Assembly (NCBI RefSeq): GCF_001194135.2 | Contig: NC_068983.1 | Span: 150,007,210-150,065,493, forward strand | Length of the DNA stretch: 58,284 bases | Reading direction: 5' to 3' | Source: Octopus bimaculoides | Lineage: Eukaryota | Shown: one piece after another, positions 12,539-27,731 of the stretch | How positions within the stretch are numbered: the stretch's first letter is position 1 | Layout: each line of letters opens with the position of its first letter | Position numbers and translations under genes: made by a program | The notes under the pieces: generated by a model | What the model was told of the DNA's origin: nothing | The model's database searches: none | Seen by the model: the letters and a program-made list of their open reading frames with translations, nothing else

Positions 12539-15500
12539 TATACATATGTTTTGTAAATCTATGGAAACAGCCTTTGATGATGATGTTACTATTACAAAGA
12601 AATTTTCTAAAAGCTATTTTGTATACCTAAGAATCTTTACTAAGGATAATTCAGACTCCACTAAACTTTAACATATCTTTATGATTTGTATTGAGTACCT
12701 TTTACCGCTTCTTTGTTTCTGTGTTAATTTAGACTTCAGTCTTATAGCTGGTGGCAGTTAGCTGTGTCATCACAGCATCAGCAATCAAAAATGTTCAAAT
12801 ACGAGGTTTCATCATAATACTACAGGCTGCATCCAATGATTAATTATGTATTGATAAATTCCAGTTATTTATCTTTTTATAAATATAACACTACCCTACC
12901 ACAATTTCCTTTCTTTGTATTACTAATCAATACAAAATACTATTTCCAACAGTCATTTGGATACATTGGCTTAATTCACTCTATTCGTATCCTGGCAGAA
13001 TGTATGGTCAAACAGATTGTATAACCAGAGAATTAATTACGGATTACTGTCATGCCTCCACCACTCATGGCTACTCTAGAGGATAATGCATAAATGTTAA
13101 ATTATTCTATCTAGAAGTTAAATTTGTTTAAACTAATGATAATGAATCATTAAGTATTCTTTCATTATCATTATTTAATGTCCATCTTCCATTCTGGCAT
13201 GGGTTGAATGGTTCGACAAGATCTAACAAGTAGGTAGACTGCATTGAGTTCCTATGTCTGTTTTGTCATGGTTTCTATTGTTGGATACCTAACCTAACGC
13301 CAACCATTTTACAGAGAGTACTGGGTGCTCATTTTGTGACACTGGTACTAATGAGAACACCAAATAACACACAATACAAAGAAAAACCCTTTGACTGAGA
13401 GAAGTTATAGTACCAAGGGAGGTAGCTTTTAGGCTAGGTGTTGAAAAGCTCAAGAATGATACAGGGACAAGTGCAGGTGACTTGCTATATGGAAAATACA
13501 ATGGGTACCTTGCCTTACATTATATAAGGGCGGATGGGAGTAGCTAGAAAGAAGACAACGATGGTGGTGACAAAGTGTCAGAACATACTCTCAAGACACA
13601 AGCTGAATATAAAGGAATATGGGCAAATAATCAAGGAGGATGGGTGGAGTGAAAGGAGAATGACAAATGGGTGTAGTAAAGGTGTGATCAATGGTAAATA
13701 CAGGAGGGGCTGGGTTGGGTGGAGGTCAAAGTATAAAGATCGGCTCAGAAAAAGTGATAAGTGGCAGTACAGGATGGGAGGAAAGCAGTAGTATAACATA
13801 TCTGTAAGTAGATCAGAAAATATGGAAATGGAGGGAAAGAGAGATGAATGTTAGAGGTGACTATAGTGAGAGACAAAGGTTGGTAGGGTGAGGAACATCA
13901 ATGGCAGATTTGCCAGAGCGATGAGAGTGATAACAGAAAACAGTGGAAATTAACAATAAGATAATAGCAATCCAACGATGCATCTCAGGGAGTGATTGGT
14001 AGAAATGGGAAAAGATGATGGATGGATTTTAAAAGGAAGTGATTCTAGGGAGAGGGGAGGTAACTAGTAGCACAAAGGAGAATGAGCTGTGTGCATATTC
14101 TGCTCCCATATGATTAACAGCAGGTGAATAGAGCTGAATGATAGGAAGGTGAGAAATGGGGAAGGCTTGATAAAGACAGATTGGGTGTTGGGGCCCAGGC
14201 CTAATGAGTGCATATACATAAACATTGTATTTAGGATCTCGTTTTTGTCAAGACAGATGGGGCTTTTCAAGTGTAACAAATCACCTGCCATCATCTTTAT
14301 GAGGCTCAGGGTCCAGAGATCCATCATCACTATTTTGTTCCATATCTTCCTGAATTTCCTTCTTCTACAAGTTCTATCACATATAATGATTGGCCCTCCT
14401 TTATACTGTCATCTTCCACATGCATCAAAAAGCCATACCAGCATTGTCTTCTCTCTTGCATACAGCTGATTTCTCTTACACCAAATATTTTTCTCAACAC
14501 TTTTGCATTTCGCTATACAAGGAATTGACAATGCATATCCAGCAAAGTAGCTTCATTTCCAGTCTTTATAAGTCCTCTCCATTCATGGCTCACATTACAT
14601 CATCATGCAGCATTGTGGTTTGAACACAAGAATTATACCACCTGCCTTTCATTCTGAGAGAAAATAACTTTTGTTCCCGGTTTTCTCAACTTTCTCCACC
14701 CTGTTCTTATTCTAGCAACTATACTTTCAGAACAGTCTCCTCTACTGCTAAAAATCCTTTTAGCATGTATAAACTAGCATTAAGAATATGTAAACCAATT
14801 AGCATCAGATAGGGGTAATATTATCTTATTAAAGATTGAGCTGTTAGCTAGTAAACTGTCCCTTTATATTTTTTATTTTAAAAATATTTTCAAATACATT
14901 TCATAAATGTAAACAAAGCATAGTGATTTTAGAGTTTCTTTAAAACGCATTTGACCATTAGACATACAATACTTTCCTAGAATATATTTCCTTCGTGGAT
15001 AATAAAAATTCTAAATATAGTGAATCTAATGGATTGTTATATTGATTTTGTTTTAATAATAGCAGTGTCTTGTTTGTGTTCTATGTTCTTTAGTTTTTTC
15101 CAAATATTACCTGTATAAATATGATGAATGCTGATTTGAATATTTTCACCCCTGATGACTGTGATAAAACAAAGGAAACAGTTCATCTATTTATGAGGTT
15201 GAAATCTAAATATACATCATCATTATCAGCATCTTTTATTGTCCATCTTCCCTATTGGCATGGGTTGGATTGTTTGACAGGATCCAATGTTTCTGAGAAC
15301 TACCCCAGGTTCTAATGTCTGCTTTGGCATAATTTCAATGGATCGATGCCCTTCCTAATGCTAATCGTTTTACAGAGAGTAGTGGGTGTTTTTTTTTTAA
15401 GCACTAGTGAGGTTGCCATGCAACCTGCAAGACTAAGATCTCCTTCAAATGAGTGGGGCTATAGTAGAGGAGGTGGCTTTATGCTAGGAGATGGGATGTT

Positions 15501-16160
15501 TAAGTATGAAAGGAAGGACTGGAACTGAACAGGTTTCTTACTGTAAAGGAATTACATGGCTACTCACATTATAGAAGAGAGATGGAACTGGAAAGAGAGA
15601 TAAAACGATGGTGATGGATGGATCTTGAAGGTAAAAGAAGGTTAATTACAGGTGAGTGGGGACAGAAAAAAAGCAAGTGAAAGTGGATAGAGGTTACAAG
15701 AATAAGGGATAGTTATAAATGGGAAATGGGTGAGGGGACAAATAGAAAGAAAGCTTGAGAGGTTGTTGATGATAAATAGACAAAAGGAAGATCAGGAAGA
15801 GTAGGTGTTGACTGTAGCGATTGAGAAGGGCTGAAGCATGGAAGTAGTGAATGGTGATACAGGAGATAGAAGAGAAGGTAATGGAGAGTAGTACATGACT
15901 GACAACTCATAAGAGGGTGAGGAGTTTCAGAGTAGTAATAATAAGAAGAGAAAGGCTGAGAGAGAGGGAGATGACAATAGGCAGGTAGATTGCATGAGAG
16001 TGAAAGGAAAGGCAGATATAATACTGGGAAAGATTGAGAGGTGTATGGTGGTTTAGGAGAGCAAATTTGGCAGCACAGAAGGGTATGAATGGAGAGGGAC
16101 AATATTATTAAGTGTAGTGGTTCCAGGAAGTGAAAAAGATAACTAGTATCTCAGAAAAAA

Positions 16161-16392
16161 GGCGGCGAGCTGGCAGAAACGTTAGCACGCCGGGCGAAAT
16201 GCTTATCAGTATTTCATCTGCTGTTACGTTCTGAGTTCAAATTCCGCCGAGGTCGACTTTGCCTTTCATCCTTTCGGGGTCGATTAAATAAGTACCAGTT
16301 ATGTACTGGGGTTGATGTAATCGACCTACCCTCTTTGTCTGTCCTTGTTTGTCCCCTCTATGTTTAGCCCCCTGTGGGCAGTAAAGAAATAG
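16161..16392 (+). mobile_element. tRNA-derived SINE, second family, with 15-bp TSD
   Basis: Head ggcggcgagctggcagaa...gagttcaaattcc; TSD gtatctcagaaaaaa at 16146-16160 and 16393-16407. Confidence 0.92.
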
Positions 16393-17949
16393 GTATCTCA
16401 GAAAAAAGATGAGGAAATATATATGAAGTCCTGCTCATATGACAAAATACTGCAGTTGCAAAAATAATGGAGGAGACAACAATAGAGATGATGGGTGGTG
16501 GAAACTGAGGAGGAAATTGGACAAGCAATGTAGTTAGTGTGTGTACATGTGCAATGGGATAGGAGTGCGAATATACTAAGTATGAACAAGGGTTGAGATG
16601 GGAGTAGTGTCAATGATAAATTGGATGGAAAATAAGAGCAGATGATGACAAGAGATTGGGAAGGATGTGGGGTGAATGTAATGAATGGTGGGGGTGTAAT
16701 AAATGATACACATAAGTTAAGGAGTCTGTGATAATTGGCAGTACAGGAGGATGAAGAGTAGCAGGACAGAGAGAGGTTACAAAAGTGTGAGTGGAAAGAT
16801 ATGGTTCTTGGGAGACAGGGCAAGATGTAGTGACATATCATATTTAATATATACACACAATTCATAGGCCAGTTACTGCAGTATTTGTTCTGTGATAAAC
16901 TCTCTTATGGACGTGTTGTGCTAAAAACGTAATAAATATTAGAGGGAGATGGAAGTTTGTTCCAGCAGTCTGGTCTCAGAATCTGACATATTTAACTAAT
17001 GCTAGCATGGAAAGTGAAAGCGAAACTAATAATATATCCATCTTTTAGTTGCTTCAGTCATCAAGCTGTGGCCATGCTGGGGCACTGCCTTGAAGAATCT
17101 TAGTTGAACAAATCAACTCTAGCACTTCCTTTTCCAAGCAAGGTAATATTTTCCCATAACCAGACATTTTTTTCATGGAAATGTGGAAACAAACTCACCT
17201 GTGTGATGATGCTTCATATTATAACCTTCATAGAAAATACTTGCTCAACTTCACAACAGTTGGAGAATAATTACTCTTGGACTTTTTTATTTTAGAATTA
17301 CATACAAAGAAACTATTTTTGCTTAATTGTTTGTTTGTTTATAATCAGACAGACAGAGAAGCAAACTATGTGGATTAACACCGGGCTATAAAAAAAAAAA
17401 AAAGACACTTGGATCCTGGTCAGCTCCAGTCAAACCATGACAGTATGGAAATTGGATCTTAAACAATTTATTTTAGTTTTATTTAATTTTCTCGTTTCAG
17501 ATTTACTCTTGACGTTTCTGTATTTAATTTGAAATTTTGATCCCAGTCTTTGCCTGTTTCAGTTATCAAAAGTAAACCAGTATTCCCTACTTATTTAAAA
17601 ATAATTTTGAAATAACACACAGAGGCATGAGAATCTGAGTTCTATCCAACTACACAGTATTCTGGGCAACTGTCTTCTGTCATAACTCATTTGCTAGATG
17701 GAAATTGTGCAGTAGCTCATCGTGTGTGTGAAAATGGAGTTATTTCAAAATGTACTCCTCCGGTCTTTGTCTTACAGGATTCACCAAAACCACAGCAGGA
17801 CAGTGCAGATAGGTCACCACCACCAACATCATGGCAGAGATGCTGTATCTATACCTCTCTAAGTGGTTTTGCAGCACCTATGTTTACCCTTCTGAGTAGT
17901 TCAATGTCTCTGCACACTATTGTTAGATAGTTATTGATCTACACTGGGT

Positions 17950-18440
17950 CAATGTGTTCTTTAAACAGGTCTTGTTTCTATCATGCAGGGTCGCTAGCAA
18001 GTCTCTTCATCAGGTTAGCTTGATGGAGGTGCTGGCTTAGCCATTTCTAACCTAACCATGTAAGAGGTTGTACTGGACAGAATGTTGCCAGTGGCCTGAG
18101 GATAAAACAAGCTGTGACAGCTTTAAAGTGGTTCCGACAAACCAGATTTCCGGTAACCTACTGCAGGGAGAAGGTGCTAATTCTTCTGGGTCATAGTTAG
18201 GGAAGATAGTGATACTGGGAAATGCATATCTCCAAAGTCACTACAAAGTGTCAGTGTACAGGATCCTGGATCTTAAGAAGTCATTGTCATTGCAAGGGTC
18301 AGGGGCATCATGTACATCTGCAATGATGTGCCACTGCAACTTTTACAGTTTATTTCTCATAAGGGCACATAGTAGGTGAAGTATAAGTAGTAGCAGTCAT
18401 AACTACCTGGTCATCCACATCGTTGCACCTATGGATACTT
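17950..18440. mobile_element. Degenerate retroelement-like fragment, family not assigned
   Basis: GC-richer, repeat-like block; no intact ORF. Confidence 0.4.
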
Positions 18441-18535
18441 TAATTACTGTACTTATTAAATAATTACAGTAATTAAAATATCCACAATTGATAGAGAATA
18501 CAGTCAGCAGAGAGAAAGAGAGAGAGAGAACTTAC

Positions 18536-18765
18536 CTTTGTCTTTCTGACTTGTAATTAGCAGATAGTTCATCAAAGAGCTTGGTATTCATTTCCATAAA
18601 TGTCTTAAGAACATTGTAGACCAGTGCAACTATAGTCTTATTCCAGTGATCCTTAGAGATATTGTAAAGAGATGAGAACATGATTGGCATTATCACAACG
18701 GCATTCTCCTCAATCAAACTCATGATATATTCATTGTTCCAGTAATATAGTGCTCTCTCAGCAAC
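18536..18765 (-). CDS. PPP2R5E: B56 exon [13 protein letters not shown]...[16 protein letters not shown]...YKSERQ(R)
   Basis: tttgcag|GTT GCT ... CAA AG|gtaag; 230 nt, phase 0 to 2. [10 protein letters not shown] is A/B/E-clade-like; gamma/delta have IHGLIYNALK. Confidence 0.98.
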
Positions 18766-19052
18766 CTGCAAAGTAGAAAGAATTAATTTTTGTCAGTAGG
18801 TATCTAATGACAGCTTTTGTATTACTTCTTGCCTTTAGTGTGATAAACTGTACTGAAGAATAGAAAATAAAGCATATACACATGCAAGGATGGGGATAAT
18901 TACATAAATTCTAACCATGGTTTCATGCAAGTATTCAAAAGCATACAAGTGAACCCCAGTGGATGTGATAAACCAATGATATATATCATGTCATTACTGG
19001 TTATTTAAACTCTAGTGACTCTTCTATTCCTAATGTATGTGTATGTAGGTAG

Positions 19053-19101
<49 letters not shown>

Positions 19102-20673
19102 AATGCTAAAAACAGTTGTATACTTGAAACAGTTAAGTTTTTATAAAAGCTGCTTCAAATGTTTTGGTCAAGTCAAACTTAAATAGATGCAATGTAGATA
19201 ATAATCAACTATTTGACAGCACAATTAATGCCTGTCCTGCTTCCATCCTAAAGCAGCAAAGAATGCTGAAAATGTAAACAAAGGCAGTATGCTTATGATG
19301 AGTCGCATTGCTGCCAAATTTCTAATAACTTTCTGACATAAAGATGGATGAATTCTTTTTTCTTTTTGTTATCAGCGAGTATGCTCTTACATTACACATC
19401 ATTCAGTCCACTAGTGGCCAAAACTTAACTGTATTAGGTATGAGAGGAGCGTATATCCTCATATAATTTATTTTTATTTGTGCCACTTGTTTATCACTGT
19501 TTTATAGTTTACATGGTTTTTCTATGTTAGTATGCACTAATTCAGTAAATTTGGATATTAGCACCATGTCTCCCATAACAGATAGTTCTACTGTTGTACA
19601 GTAAATCAGTCACGAATGTCATATCTTATATTTTATTTATTAGCTAGAATAATTGAGAGAGATAGAGTAACATGTTTTTCTTCTAAACCACAAACACTGT
19701 TAAGTAACAGGTCATAAACTCAAGTTAATAGTTGTTAAAGCAAAGATTTTCCACCAGATTATAACATCCCAGGATATGGCATCAAGCTGCTACAGGTGTC
19801 ACAAGATTTTTTCAAGACATTCCCAAATAACATATGGAGGACAATTTCTGCCTTTACATAACAATTTCTAAGATAATCCTCAAAAGAGCTCAACTAAGGT
19901 TTTGTCTAGAACCACTGAGAAACTCTTTTGGGTGTTTTTGAAGATTTTGATTTTTTTTTTAAACATTTTAGTTATCTTCTTTGTAGTGTGCTGTTGCAAT
20001 AAGAACTATAACTATAGTTTATGCAAACTTTCTTAAAATAGTTGCACAGTTAAGATGTTTAAACCATTGGAAACTAGTAGTTAGTAGAAGACAATTCTTT
20101 CTTAGTGCAATTTTGGAGAAAGATTGCACGAGATATTGAAAGCTAAAATTTTAGAAGAGTCAATACAGGACAAAATCAGTAAATTTAGCATAGAGCAAAA
20201 ATATATTTTTAAAGTTGTATCAAATTTTCAATGAGTTACTGGAGAAGTTATAGATTCTATCATTATCATGATCATTGAAGAAATAACAAAAATAGTGCTT
20301 TAATGCCTTTTTGAATTACAAGATTGTTCAATTAGGATCTCTATCTTTCTCTCTGTATGTATATATATATATATGTGTGTGTGTGTGTACATACATACAA
20401 ACAAACACACTTGTGTTTAGTGTAAACTGTCAGAAAAAAAAAGTACTCAACAGCATGGCAAAGATTAAAGATATTTTAATTTGGTCAAGTCAGTCTCTTG
20501 CTACTCTGAGATCACAGGAAAGTTGTGACAACTTGCCTGAAGAATCTGTGTACCTACAGTTGAAATTCAAAGTAGCAAGAGACTGACCCAACCAAAATAA
20601 AATACTATAGGTATATTCATATTTTAAAAAAAAAATCCTTCTTTCTACAGTACCAAAAAAAATGTTGCTTTAC

Positions 20674-20793
20674 CTGGAAATGTGGACTGGATACACAACG
20701 GGCTATTTGCCTGAACAGTGGATCCATGATTCTTTGAAAATGTGGTGGTTCTATCACATCAAGTATTTCTTCAATTTCACCAAGAAACATTAC
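20674..20793 (-). CDS. PPP2R5E: B56 exon [40 protein letters not shown]
   Basis: tttcttccag|GTA ATG ... TTC CAG|gtaaag; 120 nt, phase 0-0; lies within ORF 20617..20814. Confidence 0.98.
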
Positions 20794-21435
20794 CTGGAAG
20801 AAAGCATTTATCATGACACTTCATATTATACAATATCAATGAAGAGTGACTATTTCAAATCAATAAGAAGGTAATACCTACAACACTGGATCTCATTTTT
20901 TCTCATAGCCCATTTCTGCACCTAATCTATTTCTGTAGACCCTCCAAAATTGCTACTGGGGGTGGAGGACACGGTTTCACCATTTGCAATGTATAATCAC
21001 AGCTATATCACAAAAACAAAGTGTTTGTAGTAGCTTATAAAATGATTATTTCTATGGAGATAAAATTGTGTATAAACAAACTAAATTCTGTTAAATTATG
21101 TACAACAGAAGCATAAATTATAGAGACTACCACAGAATTGGCTTTTATATGTACTTATTTTTTAAAAATTGTGAGAAATAAAATATTTCAAGATTAGAAT
21201 TTTATTCAGTGAAAGACTTGTTTGTAGCTGATGAAAACTGGCAAGTTTTGCAATGTCTAGCTGCAGTTTTGTTATTGACAAAGACCACCACTCCTTACAA
21301 TATGAAAACATTTGCAAACTTTTGATAAATTAGATTAAACAAAATAGCAAATGGAAAAACAATGTAACCACTTACTCACAGAGCAGTGGAAACTTCCAAG
21401 CAATTTCTCTAATTTGTCATAAATAATGTTTTTGT

Positions 21436-21801
21436 TTAGTTGGCACTCCGTCACTTACGACGTCGAGGGTTCCAGTTGATCTGATCAACGGAACAGCCTG
21501 CTCGTGAAATTAACGTGCAAGTGGATGAACACTCCACAGACACGTGTACCCTTAACATAGTTCTCGGGGATATTCAGCGTGACACAGTGTGACAAGGCTG
21601 ACCCTTTGAATTACAAGTACAACAGAAACAGGAAGTAAGAGTGAGAGAAAGTTGTGGTGAAAGAGTACAGCAGGGTTCGCCACCATCCCCTGCCGGAGCC
21701 TCGTGGAGCTTTAGGTGTTTTCGCTCAATAAACACTCACAATGCCCGGTCAGGGAATCGAAACTGCGATCCTATGACCACGAGTCCGCTGCTCTAACCAC
21801 T
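21436..21801 (-). mobile_element. Young OR-like SINE copy, head cut by the gap
   Basis: Close copy of 2115-2496. Confidence 0.9.
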
Positions 21802-24703
21802 NNNNNNNNNNCACCCCACCCCACCCCAATCAAACCTCAATGCTCATCTCTAGCAAGTTACTGAACTGAACTTGCTTCATATAGCTCCAGATTAAGAATC
21901 AGTGGTCTACACTCCAAACTATTACAGCAAACAATTAATAGAAATGTATATCAATTGGTTAGCTAATGAGCTAAAGGTACAATTTATAAACATTACATAG
22001 TTTTACTAGACAACTAATTCATTAGTTATTAATTACCACAAGAAATTAATAATAAACTAATCAATGATTATAATAACATGGAAATTCAGAAATATATATT
22101 CATCTCCGATTGCAAAGATAGTACATTATGATGACTAGCTGTATGTTCAAAACTGCATAAAAATATCAGATTATTTATGTAAAGGGTTTGGTGCTTTATG
22201 TACCTGAAATTTACACACATTTAAATTATTTATGATTTTGTAATACACAGTAACAACTACATGTAACAAAAAATTTAAACCTTGTTTATTTCCATACTTA
22301 AGTGTTGCACTAAATACAAGGGAAAAACCTCTTAATTCTATTTGCATTAATTAAGCCAACCTAGAAATTAAGTTATCAAAGAAGGATGATATGATAGGAG
22401 ACGCCAAATTGACTTGAGCAAATTGATGAGTATTTTGTCTATCCTGACTATGAAAGCCTGATTAACCCAGAGAAAATTGTACAATGCCTAGGAGTACAGT
22501 GTGTAAGATGATGGCCATCCAAAACAACAAAGGGATACAATGAAAAAGCAAGAAGAGATTACAGCAATATGAAGCAGGACTTGCTTAGTTATAATGTGTT
22601 TTGTATTGGCATTAACTCCCAAAATAACAAAAGTTTTTGTTCAGCAACATGTCAGTCTTATGATTAAAGACATTACCGTCATGATAATCCTTATTCAAGA
22701 ATAGTTTACTTTGGACAATATCATTCAATGTATCATCCATTTTTTTAAGAGATCAAGATAATACTGAGGAAAGTTGGCTGCTATTTCAAGCAAGTAGAGC
22801 AACCATGTAGAAGCTCCTGGTGGTGTGTAGTTTGTGGAGTTCAGAATGCTTACTAACATCCTGAGGAGGAAAAGGCATTATACTTAATACAGAATATTAT
22901 AGCGTAAATGAATGTAATACTATATGTTAAACATTTGTTAAGCTAGAGTAAAACTAAAAAATAAAAGATTTAAAGATAAGTTGATGCAGATAGTGCATGA
23001 TTTAGAAGTAAAGATTTCTGAATGTTAGGAAAATAGATAATTCAAACAGGTTATAATCTGTACCTGCCACTATAAACCCCTCATTTGTTTGGGGAGTGAC
23101 TAGACACATCCATAATACATATAGTTCTGCCTAGTCACAAAATAACTATACGTTTCTCAAGGTGGGGAGTGACATGGAGGTTGTGTGCCTAGGTTAGATA
23201 TAAAATATTTAATACAAGGACTTTATCTGTTAAGCAGGAATTAAATCTCTTAAAATCATTTTTGAAAAGAGTAATTGCTTAATCTAAAACTGAACTTATT
23301 GTTTCTATATTTCCTTAGATAAATTCTCTAAGGATCTGATGTGTTGATAAAACTGACTTGATTGTATTTTCAATGAGGCCAATGTATCTAGCCAAAGTTT
23401 CATCTTAATACAATCGAGTACTTCAAATATTTTTGTAGACAAAATAAGAGTGTTTCATAGAGATAGATGGATAGATAGAGATACATTGCTCAAGAACTTA
23501 AACATAATCTATGTTGTTATGGTTGCCAGAATGATAGTTTAAGGTTTTTATATCACCAGTTTAACAAAAATAGGGTGGCCCTAACTAAAAAACCAACTGT
23601 AGTTCTTTTGTGACCAACACTGGAGGCATTCTCAACTTGTCAGTTATACTCAACCATTTAACTGTCAACTCCTGCTTGACATGAAATATGGCTTCAACAT
23701 TATTACAAAGAAATCCTATGCTAAATATATCTAGTATCCTATTCATACAACTCTTCAACAATTTTGAATATTTTGAAAATTTTTTTAAAAAATAAGCCAT
23801 TTGTATCTGTTTATCTAATGAAAAAGATCATCACTCGTCCCTACTATTTATTTCACATAGTACCACCTATATACACTTAATAAGAACATTGATTCTTAAG
23901 TGCAAAATAAGAAAATAGACTAAATTTACTATGATTTTTGCCTTCTGTAAGGAACTTCCTGAGAAGGTATACAAAAACTGGACAATAGAACATCAGATCA
24001 GAATTCAAGAACGACACCAACTTCTACTTATATCCTAACAGTGTAAAAGAAGTAAAAAAAAAAAAAATCTACTCAAGAGAGAGAAAGTGGAAGTAAAAGA
24101 TGAAGCATCAGCATCTCAGGCATCTGAGAGAGGAACTTATAAAGATGAAAATGAACAGCCAATAAGTAGCAGAGATGAATAGTGAGAGCGGGAGGGAGAA
24201 GCAAACTCAGATCATGGAAGAAACAAGAAAGTCAAGATGGACAGAACTTACATTAAGTGAAAGAAGAAACCTTATGCCATGATGAAATCAGATTATTGTG
24301 GAGATTAAAGAAAACGAAGGCATGGCAGTAAATATAGCACAAACTGATGACCTGATCAATAAACTAGTAATGACTTCACTCTAATACAGCTGAAATCACT
24401 GCAATATGCTTAAACAGATACTGTTGTAACATTAAGATAGTATATGAAAGTTCCTTTAAGAAATGTTGCAAACAAATTCATCAATTGACAAGAAATACTA
24501 ATAGACCAAATAAACAATTGATAATTTAATCAAATTAAGCCACAAGACATTGTTTCTCACTAAAGTACAGTGTCATTAGTTCACAGGGAGTTTATATAAA
24601 GGAAAAAATAATTAACAGCCCATGGATCATAACAGTAAAATATCACTATTTATTTACATGGGGAGGAGGAACAAAGCATTTATCATTGAAGATTCTATTA
24701 GGG

Positions 24704-25887
24704 TAGGCTGACTAAGAAAGAGTGACTCTACAGCATGTATTAATTTAAACTCTTGAGTAAACTGACATCTTACTGTTCAAATAAAGACTTCAAAACTAGC
24801 TAGCAGTGACTTCTATTGAAAATGGATAACATTTGACATTGTGATGTTAACAAGTACCTGCTGAAGAATGGTTTAGCTCCCAAGGACATTCACGCTGACA
24901 TGGTTGCTTCATTAGATGACATTCCAGCTTTACCAACATTACAAAATGGGCAGCTGAATTTAGGAGGGGAACAGAGAGTTAAGATGACCCAATATCAGGT
25001 CATCCTGCAATTGCTACCACTGAGGAAAACATTGTGTTCACCATACGGTGACGGATGACAGGCGATTGACTATAAATCAAATAGTTAATGTTATTACCAT
25101 ATCCTGAGAGAGAGTCGAGAATATTCTGCACAATGAACTTGGCATGATGAAGGTCTCTACGCAGTGGTGCCATATCTGACACCCAATTCAAACTGTACCA
25201 GGCTGATCACATCATGGGGAAATCTGATATTGTTTCAGGCAGATCCAGCTGGTTTCCTCAAATATTTCCAAAGCCAGGATGAGTGTTGGCTTCATCACTT
25301 TGAGCCAGAGACAGAGAGACAATCCATGCCCTGGAAACGCACCTCTTCACCTACTCCAAAAAGGGTTAAGTTCATTTCATCTGCAGGGATGGTGATGGTC
25401 TGTCTTTTGGAATGCAAAAGGCTGTGTTTATTGATTATCTTTAAAGGGCTACACCATCAATGAAGAGTACTATGCCAATTTGCTGAGGCAGTTACAAAAA
25501 GCTGTTAAGACAAACATCCAGGAAATCTGACAAAGGGAGTCTTGTTTTATCAGGGCAATGCTCCAGCACACAAGTCCTTCATTTCAATGACTGCTGTGCT
25601 TGACTATGGCTTTGAACTGATTGATCACCATCTTTAATTTCCTGATTTGGCTCCATCTGTTTCCCAACATTAAAAAAAAAAAAAACCACTCGGTTGAGAA
25701 CTAGTATTGCAGTAATGATGTCATATCTACTGTTTATGACTTTTTGAGCAACAGGATGAAAGCTTTTTCACCAATGCAATCGAAGCACTGCAACACTGAT
25801 GGAAGAAATGTGAACCGCAAAAGAGACTATATTGAAAAATAAACCTCATTTGGTCACATTCCATGAACTTTTCAGTTGCTCCTCATA
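24704..25887 (+). mobile_element. Mariner (DD34D-type) transposon relic with pseudogenised transposase
   Basis: QDECWLHHFEPETERQSMPWKRTSSPTPKR, QGNAPAHKS and PDLAPS-like motifs across frameshifts; 3' TIR ccatgaacttttcagttgctcctcaTA; 5' TIR eroded. Confidence 0.9.
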
Positions 25888-27582
25888 AGATCTACACCAC
25901 TTCATCATAAGCAGCAACAAGCTATTTCATAAAGAGAATGTGCTTAGCATGGGATTAATATTATTTATGATTGCAGGTAAAATGGAATTAAATGTGTGCA
26001 GAAATACTAAGATTTTTTATTTAACACAAACATATATACCTTAGCAAAGAAATACTTTTAAACCAAATAGCATTAGAGGCTGCAGAAACACACAAAGTTA
26101 CAATATCAACTAGTCCACTATTTCAGAATAGTTGAAAAGAACAGTGACAGGTCCAACCATTCTACTTTATTGTGTGGTTTTCTATTTTGGATGGTTAATG
26201 GTTCACTTGCACTCAAAAAATTAAATTGTTGGCTTGTCAGAAGCCCATGCTTCTCATCACTCAGAAGGGGATAAAACAACAGCAAAACGATTCTTGTTTA
26301 TCTTTCATTACATTCATTTAGACATGCAGAACAATCCAACACTATACTTACTAATACAGAGCAATGGGAGTAAAAACGTTTATAAAACATTTAGTAAGTT
26401 GAAGGTATTGCAATAAGTTTAAGAAAACTATTTCTCTATTAGTGTCTGTGATAATCATGAATGTATATGAAGGAGTGTAATGCAGTGCACCAAAGTGATA
26501 ATATTAATTATCTGGAGTATGGAAAGTTAATTTTAAGTTTAAGCTTGTAGTTTCTAAGTCTATAACAGGAAAAAATACAATATGTTATTGTGTAGCAAAA
26601 TGAAGAATTTATTAATGTTTGAAGCAGCACCTTTATCAGACAAAGGAAAGATTTAGTTGTACCTTCTCTTGTTTGATGAAGTGACATGTCTAAAATTTCA
26701 TACACCACTTAAATTTTTTATTTGTGACTCTCATTAGCATACTAATTCTGATGACATTCCTTATTTTGAACTGTTACTTGCTTACCTTACTAGAAATAAT
26801 GGCAAAAATCTCTATCACACCCTACTGTTTCAAAAACAAAAGGACATATTTGATAATATAATCTTACATTTGAGAAACAAAAAGGTAGATTGCTTGTATT
26901 TCTAACACTGCTAACCATAGAGTTGATCAGCATCAATAACTATATATACCAATAAATCACTTCTATGGACAGGTGCACTTTCTATTTACAGTATACTTAT
27001 TAAGAACTATTTATAAAAATGGTATACTGTCATTAAAACATTTGGCATTTGTTTATAAAATCTGTCTTAGCACCCATAATATTCAGTCTCTCAGGCAGTT
27101 TATTTACAATATAAATATTAGTATAAAGTTGATTATGATGCACGATGAAATTTAACTTAAGATTTCAGGAATAAGAGGGGGCAAATCCACAAATTTGAAA
27201 AAGCAACACGTTTTAAAGTGAAAGAATCTTTTTTTTCTTTTTGTTCTTGAGAACTCAATCAAATAAGAGTTCAGTGTGAATAGGGACTACAAAAGGAGAG
27301 TAGAAAAACTCCAGAGTATTAAAGACAACATAAAGCCAAAAATGGTAAGCAACAATATTAATTTTGCAAGTCATACTGAAAAACACAGACAGGGTCTAGC
27401 AGTTCAAAAATCAATACAACAATACAGTGCAAAGATTGGAAACAGAAGAATTTGATAATCTCAATTTGGTTTTCTTTAGAGGGGGAAAAAAATTAAAGCA
27501 ATTCATTAAATTCAGCATGTCTTTAAAATATTGTTTTACTTTCTTTTTTCACTCAAAACTGTTGATCTTATCAGGGTTGTTG

Positions 27583-27585
<3 letters not shown>

Positions 27586-27619
<34 letters not shown>
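27586..27619. repeat. (TTA)n microsatellite
   Basis: About 11 tandem units, ~110 nt from exon copy B. Confidence 0.95.
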
Positions 27620-27731
27620 GATCCACAAAGGTCCAGGCAGGAGAGAGTTTGTTGACGCTGGGGTAGACACACGATATGTGAAGCTATTCAATTCTCCTCC
27701 GGGTTAAGCACAAAAAGCTTGAACATCTTAC

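Noticed and set aside
19294-19337. ATGATGA...CTGA box C/D-like pair
   Set aside because: Only ~45 nt, no terminal stem, antisense to the host intron.
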